A stretch of DNA of 64,000 bases from an uncultured virus (IMG/VR IMGVR_UViG_3300021599_001640) (lineage: Duplodnaviria; Heunggongvirae; Uroviricota; Caudoviricetes): IMG/VR virus record IMGVR_UViG_3300021599_001640; one strand, 5' to 3'. A program made the translations under genes and the position numbers. The notes under the pieces are model-generated. The model saw nothing but the letters and a program-made list of their open reading frames with translations, was not told where the DNA came from and did no database searches. Below are positions 9,825-20,509 of the stretch, piece after piece (position 1 is the stretch's first letter; each line of letters starts with the position of its first letter).

Positions 9825-10727
9825 ATGATGTTTGAGAGAGTAGACTGGACACTGAAAAAAGAGTCAAATAACAAATTAGATTTGTCGAATAATGTTTGTT
9901 TTGACTCAATTTTGCAAAATCAAATTGCAGGTCTTTTTCGCAATAAGGGTCCAGTCTGCAATCAATATGCAGATGAAGGGGTGGTTTATGACATTCTTTC
10001 AGAATATTATGAAATTTCTTCCAGACAAATTGCAATAGGACTTGGATTGGGAGAGTTGATACCAAGAATCTTTCAACTCTATAGAGACAGAAAGTTCTCT
10101 ATTATTACTCCCACATGGATGATGGCTACAGGATTCTGTGAGATTTACAATATCAATTATGTGGAGGGAATTGATACCTCTGCTGACGTATTGTATATTG
10201 CGAATCCTAATGGAATGACAGGGGAATATACACATCCAGACAAGATACGAGAGCTATTTTCTCAATTTGAATTAGTAATCATTGATGAAGCCTACGCAGA
10301 GTTTTGTGTGGAAATTGATTGTTCTCTAATTTCTTCCGCAATAACTCTTGATAATGTGATCGTATGTAAAACCTTGAGTAAAAGTCTTGCTTTACCTGGA
10401 CTTAGATTTGGATATTGTTTTTCTAATGAAAAAACGATTTATGAGATCCAAAAAGTAAGACCTTCTGGTGTATGTAATACTATCATTCCTAGTATTGGAA
10501 TAGAACTTTTTGAACTAATTCCTCAACATGTAAAAAGGATGTTAGACTGTAGAACGTATATCCAACGTAAATATGATTGTGTTCCATCGCACTCTAATTT
10601 TGTTTTGTTGAAGAACAAAGAAAAGTTTTTAGATTTTGTAAAATATAAAACTATCAATGGTCTACATAGAATGTCCCTTTTAGATTACAGTTCTTTTAGA
10701 TATTATGAAGAGATTTCAAACCTTTGA
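9825..10727 (+). CDS. PLP-dependent class I/II aminotransferase (HisC/CobD-like)
   Basis: YIANPN, IIDEAY and KTLSKSLALPGLRFGY (PLP lysine) motifs. Confidence 0.85.
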   Translation: MMFERVDWTLKKESNNKLDLSNNVCFDSILQNQIAGLFRNKGPVCNQYADEGVVYDILSEYYEISSRQIAIGLGLGELIPRIFQLYRDRKFSIITPTWMMATGFCEIYNINYVEGIDTSADVLYIANPNGMTGEYTHPDKIRELFSQFELVIIDEAYAEFCVEIDCSLISSAITLDNVIVCKTLSKSLALPGLRFGYCFSNEKTIYEIQKVRPSGVCNTIIPSIGIELFELIPQHVKRMLDCRTYIQRKYDCVPSHSNFVLLKNKEKFLDFVKYKTINGLHRMSLLDYSSFRYYEEISNL

Positions 10728-11451
10728 TGGAACAAGTGGAAAAGATTTAATTAATTCTACACTTAAAAGCATAGAACTAAATATAACCACTACATGTAAT
10801 CGATCTTGTTCTTTTTGTCCACATTCATGGGGATTCAAAAAAGAAGATACAAGGGAGAAATTTGTTTCATTGGATATCGTAGATAGATTTATTGAATGGT
10901 TATCAGACTATGATAATCAAATTACGTTATGTGGTCTTGGTGAGCCCACTATGCACCCACAGATTAATGATATCCTTGATAAATTCCAAAAACTAAACAA
11001 CAAAATTATTCTTGTAACTAATGGATATAAACTAAAAGATGTTGTAAATCATTTGGGTAAAATTCGTGCAAGGGTAAGTCTATATGAAACTATGGATTTG
11101 CCGAATATTGATTGTGATATTTTGGATTACACAAATCAAGGAGAAAATGAATACTTCAATAATAGAAGTTATGGTGAAGGGATAACTAAATCATGTTATC
11201 TTCCATCATATAAAATGGTAGTAGATACCAATGGTGGAATTTTACCTTGTGACAATAACTGGCAAGAAATTTTATACCTTGCCAATATCCAGGAGGACAC
11301 ATTAGAGTATGCATGGTTGGAAAAATTCGGACCATTCAGACTAAACTGTTCCAAAGATAGAAAGTTGAATGATTACTGCAAGTCTTGTAATGCACATGGA
11401 ACTCTCTATGGGGAAAGTGAAATGAGGCTCTTGACAACTGACCAAATCTGA
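10705..11451 (+). CDS. Radical SAM protein with SPASM/twitch domain
   Basis: CNRSCSFC (CxxxCxxC), GEPTMHP and TNG motifs; C-terminal C..G.ILPC..CKSC. Confidence 0.85.
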   Translation: MKRFQTFDGTSGKDLINSTLKSIELNITTTCNRSCSFCPHSWGFKKEDTREKFVSLDIVDRFIEWLSDYDNQITLCGLGEPTMHPQINDILDKFQKLNNKIILVTNGYKLKDVVNHLGKIRARVSLYETMDLPNIDCDILDYTNQGENEYFNNRSYGEGITKSCYLPSYKMVVDTNGGILPCDNNWQEILYLANIQEDTLEYAWLEKFGPFRLNCSKDRKLNDYCKSCNAHGTLYGESEMRLLTTDQI

Positions 11452-11459
11452 ACTATGAT
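11431..11459 (+). promoter_or_regulatory. Sigma70-type promoter
   Basis: TTGACA-17-TATGAT. Confidence 0.7.
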
Positions 11460-11667
11460 GCATATGTACAAAATCAATTATGAATCCTTGAAGGAAGTTC
11501 CAGTAAAAACAACTCCAAAAAATGTACAAGAAGCCAATGAAGCTTTATTTCATGCACGAATGACTATTCCTGCCGCTGCTAAACACTGTGGAATGACCAC
11601 CAAAGAAATGAAGTTGACATTTCACGAGTTTCTGAAGTATAATCCTCCTATCTACAAACAAGAGTAG
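11455..11667 (+). CDS. Small hypothetical protein, possible HTH
   Basis: MTIPAAAKHCGMT resembles a helix-turn-helix. Confidence 0.55.
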   Translation: MMHMYKINYESLKEVPVKTTPKNVQEANEALFHARMTIPAAAKHCGMTTKEMKLTFHEFLKYNPPIYKQE

Positions 11668-11677
11668 AACTTTTCTT

Positions 11678-11761
11678 GGGAGCGTGGCGGAAGTGGTAGA
11701 CGCACCGGACTTAAAATCCGTTGGGAGCAATCCCGTGAGAGTTCAAGTCTCTCCGTTCCTA
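11678..11761 (+). tRNA. trnL: tRNA-Leu(UAA)
   Basis: Acceptor stem GGGAGCG/CGTTCCT, anticodon loop CTTAAAA, long variable arm, GTTCAAG T-loop. Confidence 0.95.
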
Positions 11762-11765
11762 CTTT

Positions 11766-11773
11766 AATAAATA
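11766..11773 (+). promoter_or_regulatory. T4-type late promoter
   Basis: AATAAATA about 20 bp upstream of cpeT. Confidence 0.5.
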
Positions 11774-11792
11774 AATCAAAATATTTCTGATC

Positions 11793-12272
11793 ATGACTAT
11801 TAAAGCTAAGTTCATTTCATATTTTGAAGGTTACTTTAACAATCAAAAACAAGCTTTCCACATGCCCAGAGAGTTTGCACTTATTGAAGTAAATCATACT
11901 AAAATTTCTGCAAATAAATTTAGAGTAACTCAAAAGTATATCATTGATCAACATCCATATAGACAATCAATTATTGAAGTAACTCAAAAAGACGGAAAAA
12001 TCATCTTAAAATCATATAGAGATACAGAAGATCAACCTTATTTGAGTGGATGTGATGTAGAATTTGAATATAATGAAGAAAAGGATGAGTTTCATGGACA
12101 AAACACTTGTAAAGAGTGTTTCATTGAAAAAAATGGTAAAAACACATATCTAGTTACTGAAGCTTATCTCGGAAAAGATTACTATACAGTAATTGATAAA
12201 GGATATGATCCCGAAACAGATTCTCAAGTTTGGGGTTCATATCACGGACATTTCCTATTTGATAGGAAATAA
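11793..12272 (+). CDS. cpeT: CpeT/CpcT-family phycobiliprotein lyase
   Basis: FEGYFNNQKQA, PYRQ, GCDV and DKGYD..QVWGS..G.F.F motifs. Confidence 0.85.
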   Translation: MTIKAKFISYFEGYFNNQKQAFHMPREFALIEVNHTKISANKFRVTQKYIIDQHPYRQSIIEVTQKDGKIILKSYRDTEDQPYLSGCDVEFEYNEEKDEFHGQNTCKECFIEKNGKNTYLVTEAYLGKDYYTVIDKGYDPETDSQVWGSYHGHFLFDRK

Positions 12273-12291
12273 TCGGAGAAATCCGATTTTT
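12271..12291 (+). terminator. Intrinsic terminator / hairpin
   Basis: AATCGGA-GAAA-TCCGATT followed by Ts. Confidence 0.65.
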
Positions 12292-12293
12292 AC

Positions 12294-12367
12294 GCCTTCG
12301 TAGCTCAGTTGGATAGAGCAGGGCTTTTGTAAAGCTCAGGTCGCAAGTTCAAGTCTTGTCGGGGGCT
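12294..12367 (+). tRNA. trnT: tRNA-Thr(UGU)
   Basis: Acceptor stem GCCTTCG/CGGGGGC, TAGCTCAGTTGG D-arm, anticodon loop TTTGTAA, GTTCAAG T-loop. Confidence 0.93.
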
Positions 12368-12387
12368 TTGAGTTAATAAAAACTTAA

Positions 12388-12558
12388 ATGTCTTTACTAT
12401 CACAAAAAGATAGGGAAATCACTATCGCCGCATTGGAAAACTACCTAATGAAACTGAGGTTAGAATCTCAGTTTGATGATTCTAAAATTACAGAAACAAA
12501 CTCTCTTTTAAATTGGATTAAATTAGACTACCAAAAGAATAATTTATCAGGAAACTAA
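12388..12558 (+). CDS. Hypothetical protein (56 aa)
   Basis: ATG at 12388, MSLLSQKDREITIAALENY...; fills the intergenic gap. Confidence 0.65.
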   Translation: MSLLSQKDREITIAALENYLMKLRLESQFDDSKITETNSLLNWIKLDYQKNNLSGN

Positions 12559-12582
12559 AACAAAATAAGTAAAAATACTTAG

Positions 12583-13194
12583 ATGAAATCGGATTTTTAT
12601 ATAGATAGAGTTAGTAAAGATGAAATTAAAGATCTTCTTTATACTCATCATTACTTAAAAGATGAATCCAAAGATTTCAAATCTGGGTATAACTATGGAC
12701 TTTTCAAGCATCCAGACTGGGAATGCCCTCTTAGACTTGGCGGGTGCCTTGGTGCTTGCGTTTTTACTGGTCTCCCAGTTCCAGAAATAGCAGTAGGAGC
12801 ATTTGGATTAGATCGTAATGAACAACAAGGAATCTTTGAACTCTCCAGACTTTGCATCGAACCTAGTACGCAGTCATGCGAATATAACATCACTTCTTGG
12901 TTTGTGTCACGAGCGATTAGACAACTTCGGAAAGATACTGAAGTTAAAGCGATCATCTCTTACGCTGATAACAGTCACCATGTTGGTACAATCTATCGCG
13001 CTTGCAACTTTAAGTATTACGGTCTCACGGATAGAAAAAAAGATTTCTATTATTCAGACGGAACTAAACACTCTCGTGGAAAAGTAAAAGGACAAGAGGG
13101 TGAATGGAAAAATCGAAGCCAAAAACACAGATATGTAATGATCTTTAATAAAGAGTTGAACGATAAACTTGCCTGGAAAGAAGTAAAGTGGTAA
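12583..13194 (+). CDS. Mom-like GNAT DNA-modification protein
   Basis: HHYL, ELSRLC, SWFVSRAIRQL, IISYAD and HVGTIYRACNF match the Mu Mom family pattern. Confidence 0.75.
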   Translation: MKSDFYIDRVSKDEIKDLLYTHHYLKDESKDFKSGYNYGLFKHPDWECPLRLGGCLGACVFTGLPVPEIAVGAFGLDRNEQQGIFELSRLCIEPSTQSCEYNITSWFVSRAIRQLRKDTEVKAIISYADNSHHVGTIYRACNFKYYGLTDRKKDFYYSDGTKHSRGKVKGQEGEWKNRSQKHRYVMIFNKELNDKLAWKEVKW

Positions 13195-13244
13195 TATATA
13201 CTTGGTGATACTAACACCGTGACAAATCCCTTCCGTGTGACTTC

Positions 13245-13273
13245 AAAACCTCCTCTTTTTGGGGAGGTTTTTT
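13245..13273 (+). terminator. Intrinsic terminator
   Basis: AAAACCTCCTC-TTTTT-GGGGAGGTTTT followed by a T run. Confidence 0.8.
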
Positions 13274-13320
13274 AGTGTCTAAATATAAAAAGAATAGATT
13301 TGTCACTGTAGGATAACGCA

Positions 13321-16300
13321 ATGCCCCTAAGTAGATTAGAGAATTTCCTCAAAAATGCTGAAGGTAATATTCTTTATGTAAACCCAGCAGACTTCGATGC
13401 TACAGATAGTTTTGAAAATAGAGGTAACTCGTTAACCAGACCCTTCAGAACAATTCAAAGAGCATTAATTGAAGCGGCAAGATTTTCATACAGAGAAGGA
13501 AGAAATAACGATAAAATTGACACTACGACTATCTTAGTTTATCCAGGAACTCACTATATTGATAATAGACCTGGACATTCTATTCAAAATGTAAGTGGAT
13601 CAGCTGTATTTAAAAAATTAGTAAACGGTGCGTGGACTACTTCTGGTGCTACCTTAACGGAATTTGATGAAAATTCAAACTTTGATATCTTTGATGAAGA
13701 TAATGATTTATACAAATATAACTCGGTAGAAGGCGGTACTATTTTACCAAGAGGAACATCAATCGTTGGATTAGACCTCCGTAAAACTAAAATTCGTCCA
13801 TTATATGTACCAGATCCATATAACGATAATATTGCAAACTCCGCTATTTTCCGAGTAACTGGTACTTGTTACTTCACTGCTTTTACCATATTCGATGCTG
13901 ATCCTTCAAGAGTCGCTTATAGGGATTCCACAACAGCAAAAGTAAATCCAAATTTCTCTCACCATAAGTTAACTTGTTTTGAATATGCTGATGGTGTTAA
14001 TAAAGTAATCCTTGACTCAAATACTACGGGTCTAACTGACCTTGAAATGTATTATTATAAAATTACTTATGCCTTTGGTGATACATCTGGTAGAGGTTTA
14101 CCCAACTTCCCAGTAGCTACTGGAACTGATTTTGAACCTTCTATTGATGAATATAGAATCGTTGGAGATCTTAGATCCGATGCTATTGGTATTACAAGCA
14201 TAAAAGCAGGAGATGGTGTAGTCGCTACCAAGACTATTTCGGTTAAAACTTCAGAGTCTCATGGATTGTTTAAAGATACCCCAGTGCTAATTGCGGGTAT
14301 TACTACGAACTTAGAGTCATATAATGGATCTTTCTTCGTAGCTGATGTATTAAGTGATACTGAATTTACCTATGTTTCTCCATCACAACCAACAGATCCA
14401 CTACCAGATGTTGCTACATTTGTAAACTCATCAGTAATTGTAGAGTCTGATAGTACATCTTCGGCTTCTCCATATATCTTCTCATGTACGTTGAGATCCG
14501 TTTATGGTATGAACGGTCTTCATGCAGATGGATCAAAAGCAACTGGATTTAAATCCATGTTGACTGCACAATTTACTGGAATTTCTCTACAAAAAGATGA
14601 TAATGCATTTATACTTTATGATCCAGAAACTGGAATTTATAATGACAATTCCACTGTAGCTGATAATGAAAAACCACTACACATAAATTCCAGAGCAATT
14701 TATAAGCCTAGTTACGAAAACGTACACATGAAGGCATCTAACAATGCCATTATTCAGTGCGTATCTATTTTTGCTATTGGTTATGCAAAACATTTCGTTT
14801 CCGAGTCTGGTGGAGACCAGTCCATTACAAACTCAAACTCAAACTTTGGTGCAATTTCCCTAGAGTCTTCTGGATTTAGAGGAGAATCTTTTGACAGAGA
14901 TGATGTAGGATACATCACACACGTTATTCCACCAAGAGAACCTGCTCCAAGAACTTCAGCAGTTACTTGGTTACCTCTTGACGCACTAAAAATTGTCTCT
15001 GCTGCAACAACAAGTAGATTATACATTGCAAATTACAAATCTGCAGATATTCCACCACCAAGCCAAATTGACAGTTATAAGGTAGGTGGAAAAAGAGGAG
15101 AAGAGTTATACTTCTCTACAATTATTGGTATAGCTCAGAGTACATTCTCTTCTCCAGTATTGATGCAAGTTCCTTCTGGAATTAGTACATCGGCTGAAAA
15201 GATCTATACCGTTGGTAGATCAGCAGGTATTAATAGTATTTCATCAAATATTATTACTCTTACCTCAAATCACCAGTTATTTAATGGAGAAAAAGTAAGA
15301 ATTTATAGTGATACAGGAGAACTCCCATCAAACGTACAAAATAATAAAATTTATTATGCATTAACTAATGGTGTAGCATCTAATCAAATTAAACTCTCAT
15401 CTACATTAAATGATGCCAACTCTGGAAATAATATTACTGGAATTTCAAATGGAGGGGGAGTAATAACTATTCTAAGTACTGTTTCTGATAAAAATCCAGG
15501 AGATGCAGGACACCCAATTCAATATGATACAACTGAAAGACAGTGGTATGTACAAAGTTCCCCAACAACTTCAACTAATAAAATTTACGATGCAATTGTA
15601 GGAATCGGAACTAGTGTTCTTGGAGAAGTTACAGGTGCATGTTACATCTTAAGAAGAGTAGACAATAGAGGTATTGATGAAAGAATTTATAGATTACGTT
15701 ACGTAATTCCAAAAGAATATCTTAATGCTAGACCACCAACAGATGGATTTATTCTTCAGGAAACAAAATCAGCTGGTATTGGAAGTGCTTCGTTTGTAAG
15801 TTCAAACGTAGAAGATCCCACACAACTAAAAAATCCAAAGATAATACTAGATGCATCATACCTATCAGGAACCGCAACAATCAAAACAGAGTTACCACAT
15901 AACTTAGTTGCTGGGGACCTAGTAAAAATAACCAATGTTGTAAGTAGTAATAATACAACTGGTTCTAATGAAATACCATACAATGGTAGTTTTATAGTCA
16001 ATGAAGTTCTAGGTCCAAGAGAATTTAATTATATTGGATTAACAAGTAGTCCAGGAACGTTCTTAAATCAGACAAACCAAAGAACCACACAACAACAAAT
16101 TGAAGCTCTACCTACAGTACAAAGAGAAAAATACAAAGAAAGTATTTTCATCTATAGAAGTACAGAAATTAAAAAACATATTCCAGGTTCTGATGGCCAG
16201 GATGGAATTTATAACTTAACAGCGATTTGTGGAAGTATTAGACCAGAAACCTCTGTTGGATTTGGTTTAAGTGAGAAAAGGTTCAATCAAGACGTAAGAA

Positions 16301-19300
16301 ATTTATATCCACAACAAGATAGAGATAATTTCAATTCAGATCCACTACCATCTACAAGTTTTGCAGATCTCGATCCACTAGGAAAAATTAGTACTAATGA
16401 TAAGAGACTCTCAATTACCAAAGAAGCTCTAAACATTTTCCTTGAAAATAATAGAATAGGATATGCAATTACCGGTGCAACTGTAAGTGGAGTTGGTAAT
16501 ACTACAATTACATTATATACAAATGTTGAACATGGTTTAAACCAGATTAAATCTTTATCATTGATTAATCCTGGGGCAGGATATAATAATAGTGCTGGTG
16601 TTACTAGTACAATATACTCTGCTGACTTAGTTAATGGTAGTATAAATGGCGAAGGTGCATCCGTAAAAGCAAACATCTCAGTAGGTAATACTATTACTAG
16701 TATTTCATTAGTAAATGGTGGTTGTGCTTATGGTGTTGGAAATACCATGACCATATCAGCTTCTCCTGCTGGTTCCCCAACAACATCTGCCGTAGTACAA
16801 GTAACAGAAATATTTGATAACGTCGGTGATACCTTAGAACTGTCTGGATTTGTTAATCCTGCATATAATGGAATTTTTAGAATTTTATCTGTACCAAATT
16901 CCAGATCTGTTCAAATTTTAAATACTGGATTAGGAACAGATTCAAGTGCTGCAGCATACAGACAAAGAACAGACTCCAGATATCCAATAGCCACATTAGT
17001 TTCCAATGGGGTCGGTATAACCACTATATCATACACTAAAGAAACTGGTATAGCGACAGTAACATGTTTAAGTGCTCATGGACTCATTCCAGGAAATACT
17101 TTCAAACTGGTTGGAACAGGAAGTACATTCTTCAGTGAAAAATTCTTTGTAAATGAATCTGTTGGCATTAATACATTTAATTTTAGTGCAGGAATTTCCA
17201 CAATTTCTCATACTACTTCTTCAAGTGGAATGACCGTACACAAATATGGAATTTCTGCTAATGCAAGGGCTTTAGGAGCTGGTGAGGAGAATTTAGGTGG
17301 AAGAGGATCATACATTTATGCAGGAATTACTACAACTCTAAGTGGAAATATTAGTAATACTACGACGACATTATCTCTAACATCTGCAAATGGATTCAAA
17401 AAGGGTGATTATATTTTAATCAACTCCGAAATTTTAAGAATTACTTCAGATCCAGTAGGAAATTCAATCACCGTATCTAGAGGACAATTCTCTACTTCAG
17501 TTTCATCTGCACTTTCTGGATCTTCTGTTAGAAAGATCCGTGTCTTGCCTATGGAAATTCGCAGACACTCTATTCTTCGTGCATCTGGCCATACTTTTGA
17601 ATATCTTGGATATGGTCCAGGTAACTATTCAACAGGTTTACCTGTAAAACAGAATCGTGTGTTGAGTGAGGATGAGGTTCTAATCTCACAAGCAAGAGAA
17701 CAAGATGGTGGTACTGTCGTTTACACTGGAATGAACGATAGAGGAGAGTTCTATTCTGGTGCAACTAAAATTAATGGTGCAACAGGAGAAGAAACTGTTA
17801 TTGAGGCTCCTATTGTTACATTTTTTGGAGAAGATGAGACCGACACTGACGTTAATAATAAACTCAGTGGAGTTTTTGATGATTTAGTTGTAAAAGAAAG
17901 AATTACTATTGAAGGTGGTGAAAACAATAACCAAACATCACAGTTCTATGGTCCTGTAAACTTTGGACAAAAAGTTACTTGTGCTTCAGAAGATGGACTT
18001 GAGACAAGAGATCTATTTGTAAAGGGTATCGCATCACAACCAAAACTCATAACTGTTGGACTTGCAACTCCTACAGATCCTAAGAAACCTGGTGATATTT
18101 CACTCCTAGCAACTCCAACTCCATCTGGATACATTGGACATGTTTATGCTGATGGAGATTGGCGTCGTTGGGGATTAATTTCTCAACAAAAAGATAGAAA
18201 CTTCTTAAAATTTGATCAAATTGGTGTAGGATCAAGTGAAGGAGTATACAACTTTACTGATGCTGCAGAAGTTAATGGTACTTTGAAGGTTAAGAATCTT
18301 TATGTGGGTGGTGCGGTTACGTTTGCATCCAATCAGGCATTCACAGCTGTTACCTATGAAGACATTACTGTTACAAATCAAATTAACTATGCAGGAACTG
18401 GATCATCAACTTATACAATCAGACATCCAGATGCTACATCTATTGCACAATTCCAAAACATAGAAGTTACTGGAACTGCTGCAACATTTACAACTGCAAG
18501 AGTAAGACTAGAGAATTCTCTAAATTCCGTTTTTGCTGGAGTATCTACTTTTGCTGGAACGGTTGAAATAGGAAATCTTGTATGTAGTGCAGGAATTCTA
18601 ACTGTATTTGAATTAAGAGGAAATCAGATCGGTATTGATACAATAACTGTAAGAAACAATGCTTTCATAACATCAGGTATTGTAACTAACTTATATACGA
18701 ATGTTTCTTCTGCAACCAGTTTCTTCGGATATGTGGGTGTTATTACATCTCTAACTGGTCTTGCATGTACATTCACAAATGTTAATGGTACAAATGGATT
18801 CCTTAGTGGTCTTCGTGCAACTTCATCATTTGCAACACCAAATGCTTTCGTTAATGTTGGAGTAACCACAACACTTTCCGGAACAAGTTTAACTTATACC
18901 AGATCTTCAATTGGTTTAGCTACCATCACGAACTTAAATTCTACTGACTGGATTGGAGCTCCAACTGCTTATATAAATTCAGGACTTGTAACTGCGATTA
19001 CCGCAAATTATATTGGCGGTGGTTTAGGTGGAAATCCACTATCTATTTCAGTCAATAGTGGTGTTATCACATCTCTAACTGGAACCGCAGCAACATTCAC
19101 AAGTGTAAGAGCATCTTCTAGTTTAGTTTCTAATGATCTGGTATCATCTCCAGTAGGTGTTATTACAGCATTAAGTGGAGATAGAGCAAACTATACTGGT
19201 ATTGTTACTGCACAAAGGTACGAATCAACAGTTGCAACTGGAGCTCCACCAATAGTTGTTGCTTCAACTACAAAAGTAACTAATCTGAACGCAGATTTAC

Positions 19301-19902
19301 TGGATGGTTTAGATGAATCAACATTCTTAAGAAGAACAAATGATGTATGGCATACCAGTCAAGATGGTGATAATAGATTCTATTTCACAACAGACGGAAA
19401 AACTTTATATGGATCTGCAAATGGACATGAGTTTAGAAACAGTTCAGATTCTGCTAGTTTCATCATAAACAATGATGGAACAGTAAACTTTAGTTCAACT
19501 GCAGTATTATCTTCTAATGGAATAACTGCTACAACAAACGCTCTTGTTGATAAGGTCATTTTAAAGAACTATGCAGAAAGACTCGTAAATGTTGGAAATA
19601 CTGGTAGTGCTACAACACTAAATCTTGCCGATGGTAATTTCTTCGCTGCAACATTAAATGCTAACTGTACTTTCACTTTCTCTTTAGGAGTTAATAACGC
19701 TTCTGCAACGAGTTTCACATTATTATTAACAAATGATGGTACTTCAGGTAGATCAATTGTATGGCCTGCCAGTGTTAAGTGGCCAAACTCAACCGTTCCA
19801 ACAAGAACCACATCAGCAAATCGTTCGGATGTTTATACGTTCTTCACTACTAATGGAGGTGCAAACTGGTATGGTGCCTTAGCACTATATAATTATGCAT
19901 AA
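13321..19902 (+). CDS. Giant virion structural / tail fibre protein (2193 aa)
   Basis: PFRTIQRAL..ILVYPG.H N-terminus, repeated xHGL beta modules, LNADLLDG fibre motif, C-terminal I.WP..VKW domain; late-promoter-like CTAAATA at 13279. Confidence 0.8.
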   Translation: MPLSRLENFLKNAEGNILYVNPADFDATDSFENRGNSLTRPFRTIQRALIEAARFSYREGRNNDKIDTTTILVYPGTHYIDNRPGHSIQNVSGSAVFKKLVNGAWTTSGATLTEFDENSNFDIFDEDNDLYKYNSVEGGTILPRGTSIVGLDLRKTKIRPLYVPDPYNDNIANSAIFRVTGTCYFTAFTIFDADPSRVAYRDSTTAKVNPNFSHHKLTCFEYADGVNKVILDSNTTGLTDLEMYYYKITYAFGDTSGRGLPNFPVATGTDFEPSIDEYRIVGDLRSDAIGITSIKAGDGVVATKTISVKTSESHGLFKDTPVLIAGITTNLESYNGSFFVADVLSDTEFTYVSPSQPTDPLPDVATFVNSSVIVESDSTSSASPYIFSCTLRSVYGMNGLHADGSKATGFKSMLTAQFTGISLQKDDNAFILYDPETGIYNDNSTVADNEKPLHINSRAIYKPSYENVHMKASNNAIIQCVSIFAIGYAKHFVSESGGDQSITNSNSNFGAISLESSGFRGESFDRDDVGYITHVIPPREPAPRTSAVTWLPLDALKIVSAATTSRLYIANYKSADIPPPSQIDSYKVGGKRGEELYFSTIIGIAQSTFSSPVLMQVPSGISTSAEKIYTVGRSAGINSISSNIITLTSNHQLFNGEKVRIYSDTGELPSNVQNNKIYYALTNGVASNQIKLSSTLNDANSGNNITGISNGGGVITILSTVSDKNPGDAGHPIQYDTTERQWYVQSSPTTSTNKIYDAIVGIGTSVLGEVTGACYILRRVDNRGIDERIYRLRYVIPKEYLNARPPTDGFILQETKSAGIGSASFVSSNVEDPTQLKNPKIILDASYLSGTATIKTELPHNLVAGDLVKITNVVSSNNTTGSNEIPYNGSFIVNEVLGPREFNYIGLTSSPGTFLNQTNQRTTQQQIEALPTVQREKYKESIFIYRSTEIKKHIPGSDGQDGIYNLTAICGSIRPETSVGFGLSEKRFNQDVRNLYPQQDRDNFNSDPLPSTSFADLDPLGKISTNDKRLSITKEALNIFLENNRIGYAITGATVSGVGNTTITLYTNVEHGLNQIKSLSLINPGAGYNNSAGVTSTIYSADLVNGSINGEGASVKANISVGNTITSISLVNGGCAYGVGNTMTISASPAGSPTTSAVVQVTEIFDNVGDTLELSGFVNPAYNGIFRILSVPNSRSVQILNTGLGTDSSAAAYRQRTDSRYPIATLVSNGVGITTISYTKETGIATVTCLSAHGLIPGNTFKLVGTGSTFFSEKFFVNESVGINTFNFSAGISTISHTTSSSGMTVHKYGISANARALGAGEENLGGRGSYIYAGITTTLSGNISNTTTTLSLTSANGFKKGDYILINSEILRITSDPVGNSITVSRGQFSTSVSSALSGSSVRKIRVLPMEIRRHSILRASGHTFEYLGYGPGNYSTGLPVKQNRVLSEDEVLISQAREQDGGTVVYTGMNDRGEFYSGATKINGATGEETVIEAPIVTFFGEDETDTDVNNKLSGVFDDLVVKERITIEGGENNNQTSQFYGPVNFGQKVTCASEDGLETRDLFVKGIASQPKLITVGLATPTDPKKPGDISLLATPTPSGYIGHVYADGDWRRWGLISQQKDRNFLKFDQIGVGSSEGVYNFTDAAEVNGTLKVKNLYVGGAVTFASNQAFTAVTYEDITVTNQINYAGTGSSTYTIRHPDATSIAQFQNIEVTGTAATFTTARVRLENSLNSVFAGVSTFAGTVEIGNLVCSAGILTVFELRGNQIGIDTITVRNNAFITSGIVTNLYTNVSSATSFFGYVGVITSLTGLACTFTNVNGTNGFLSGLRATSSFATPNAFVNVGVTTTLSGTSLTYTRSSIGLATITNLNSTDWIGAPTAYINSGLVTAITANYIGGGLGGNPLSISVNSGVITSLTGTAATFTSVRASSSLVSNDLVSSPVGVITALSGDRANYTGIVTAQRYESTVATGAPPIVVASTTKVTNLNADLLDGLDESTFLRRTNDVWHTSQDGDNRFYFTTDGKTLYGSANGHEFRNSSDSASFIINNDGTVNFSSTAVLSSNGITATTNALVDKVILKNYAERLVNVGNTGSATTLNLADGNFFAATLNANCTFTFSLGVNNASATSFTLLLTNDGTSGRSIVWPASVKWPNSTVPTRTTSANRSDVYTFFTTNGGANWYGALALYNYA

Positions 19903-19911
19903 TTGATCTAA

Positions 19912-20505
19912 ATGATGGATATTAAATACTTAGATTTTATAGGGATGTACTCAGAAGTATATCCCGATGGATTTTGCAATCATGTAATTAATGAATTTGA
20001 AAAGTTAATAACTGCAGGACATTGTGGAAATCGTCAAGATAATGAAGGAGTGACAAAAACAAAAAAAGAAGATGTCTATTCTTTTTTAAACCTAAAAAAT
20101 CACTTATTAAAACCCTTTAATGGTGTCCCAGTTGTCGATATTTTTTTTGAAGGTTTGCAAAAATGTTATGAAAGTTACACTGACCAATTTGACATTTTAA
20201 AAGGCATAAGTCTTAAATGTACTGCTATAAAAATTCAAAAAACAGTTCCAGGTGCAGGTTATCATGTTTGGCATTGTGAACAGGGAAGCGATCTTGGCGC
20301 TGACAGATGTTTGGTTTATTCGTTATATCTAAATGACATAGATGGTGCTGGGGAAACGGAATTCTTATATCAAAAACTAAGAATTGAACCAAAAGAAAAT
20401 TGTATGATTATATGGCCAGCAGCATATACTCATACACATCGAGGAAATGTTGTTCATGGCAATAAATCCAAATATATAATAACAGGTTGGTTTTATTTGG
20501 ATTAA
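19912..20505 (+). CDS. 2OG-Fe(II) oxygenase
   Basis: YHVWHCE, YLND..GETEF, HTHRG and KYIITGW motifs. Confidence 0.85.
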   Translation: MMDIKYLDFIGMYSEVYPDGFCNHVINEFEKLITAGHCGNRQDNEGVTKTKKEDVYSFLNLKNHLLKPFNGVPVVDIFFEGLQKCYESYTDQFDILKGISLKCTAIKIQKTVPGAGYHVWHCEQGSDLGADRCLVYSLYLNDIDGAGETEFLYQKLRIEPKENCMIIWPAAYTHTHRGNVVHGNKSKYIITGWFYLD

Positions 20506-20509
20506 AAAG

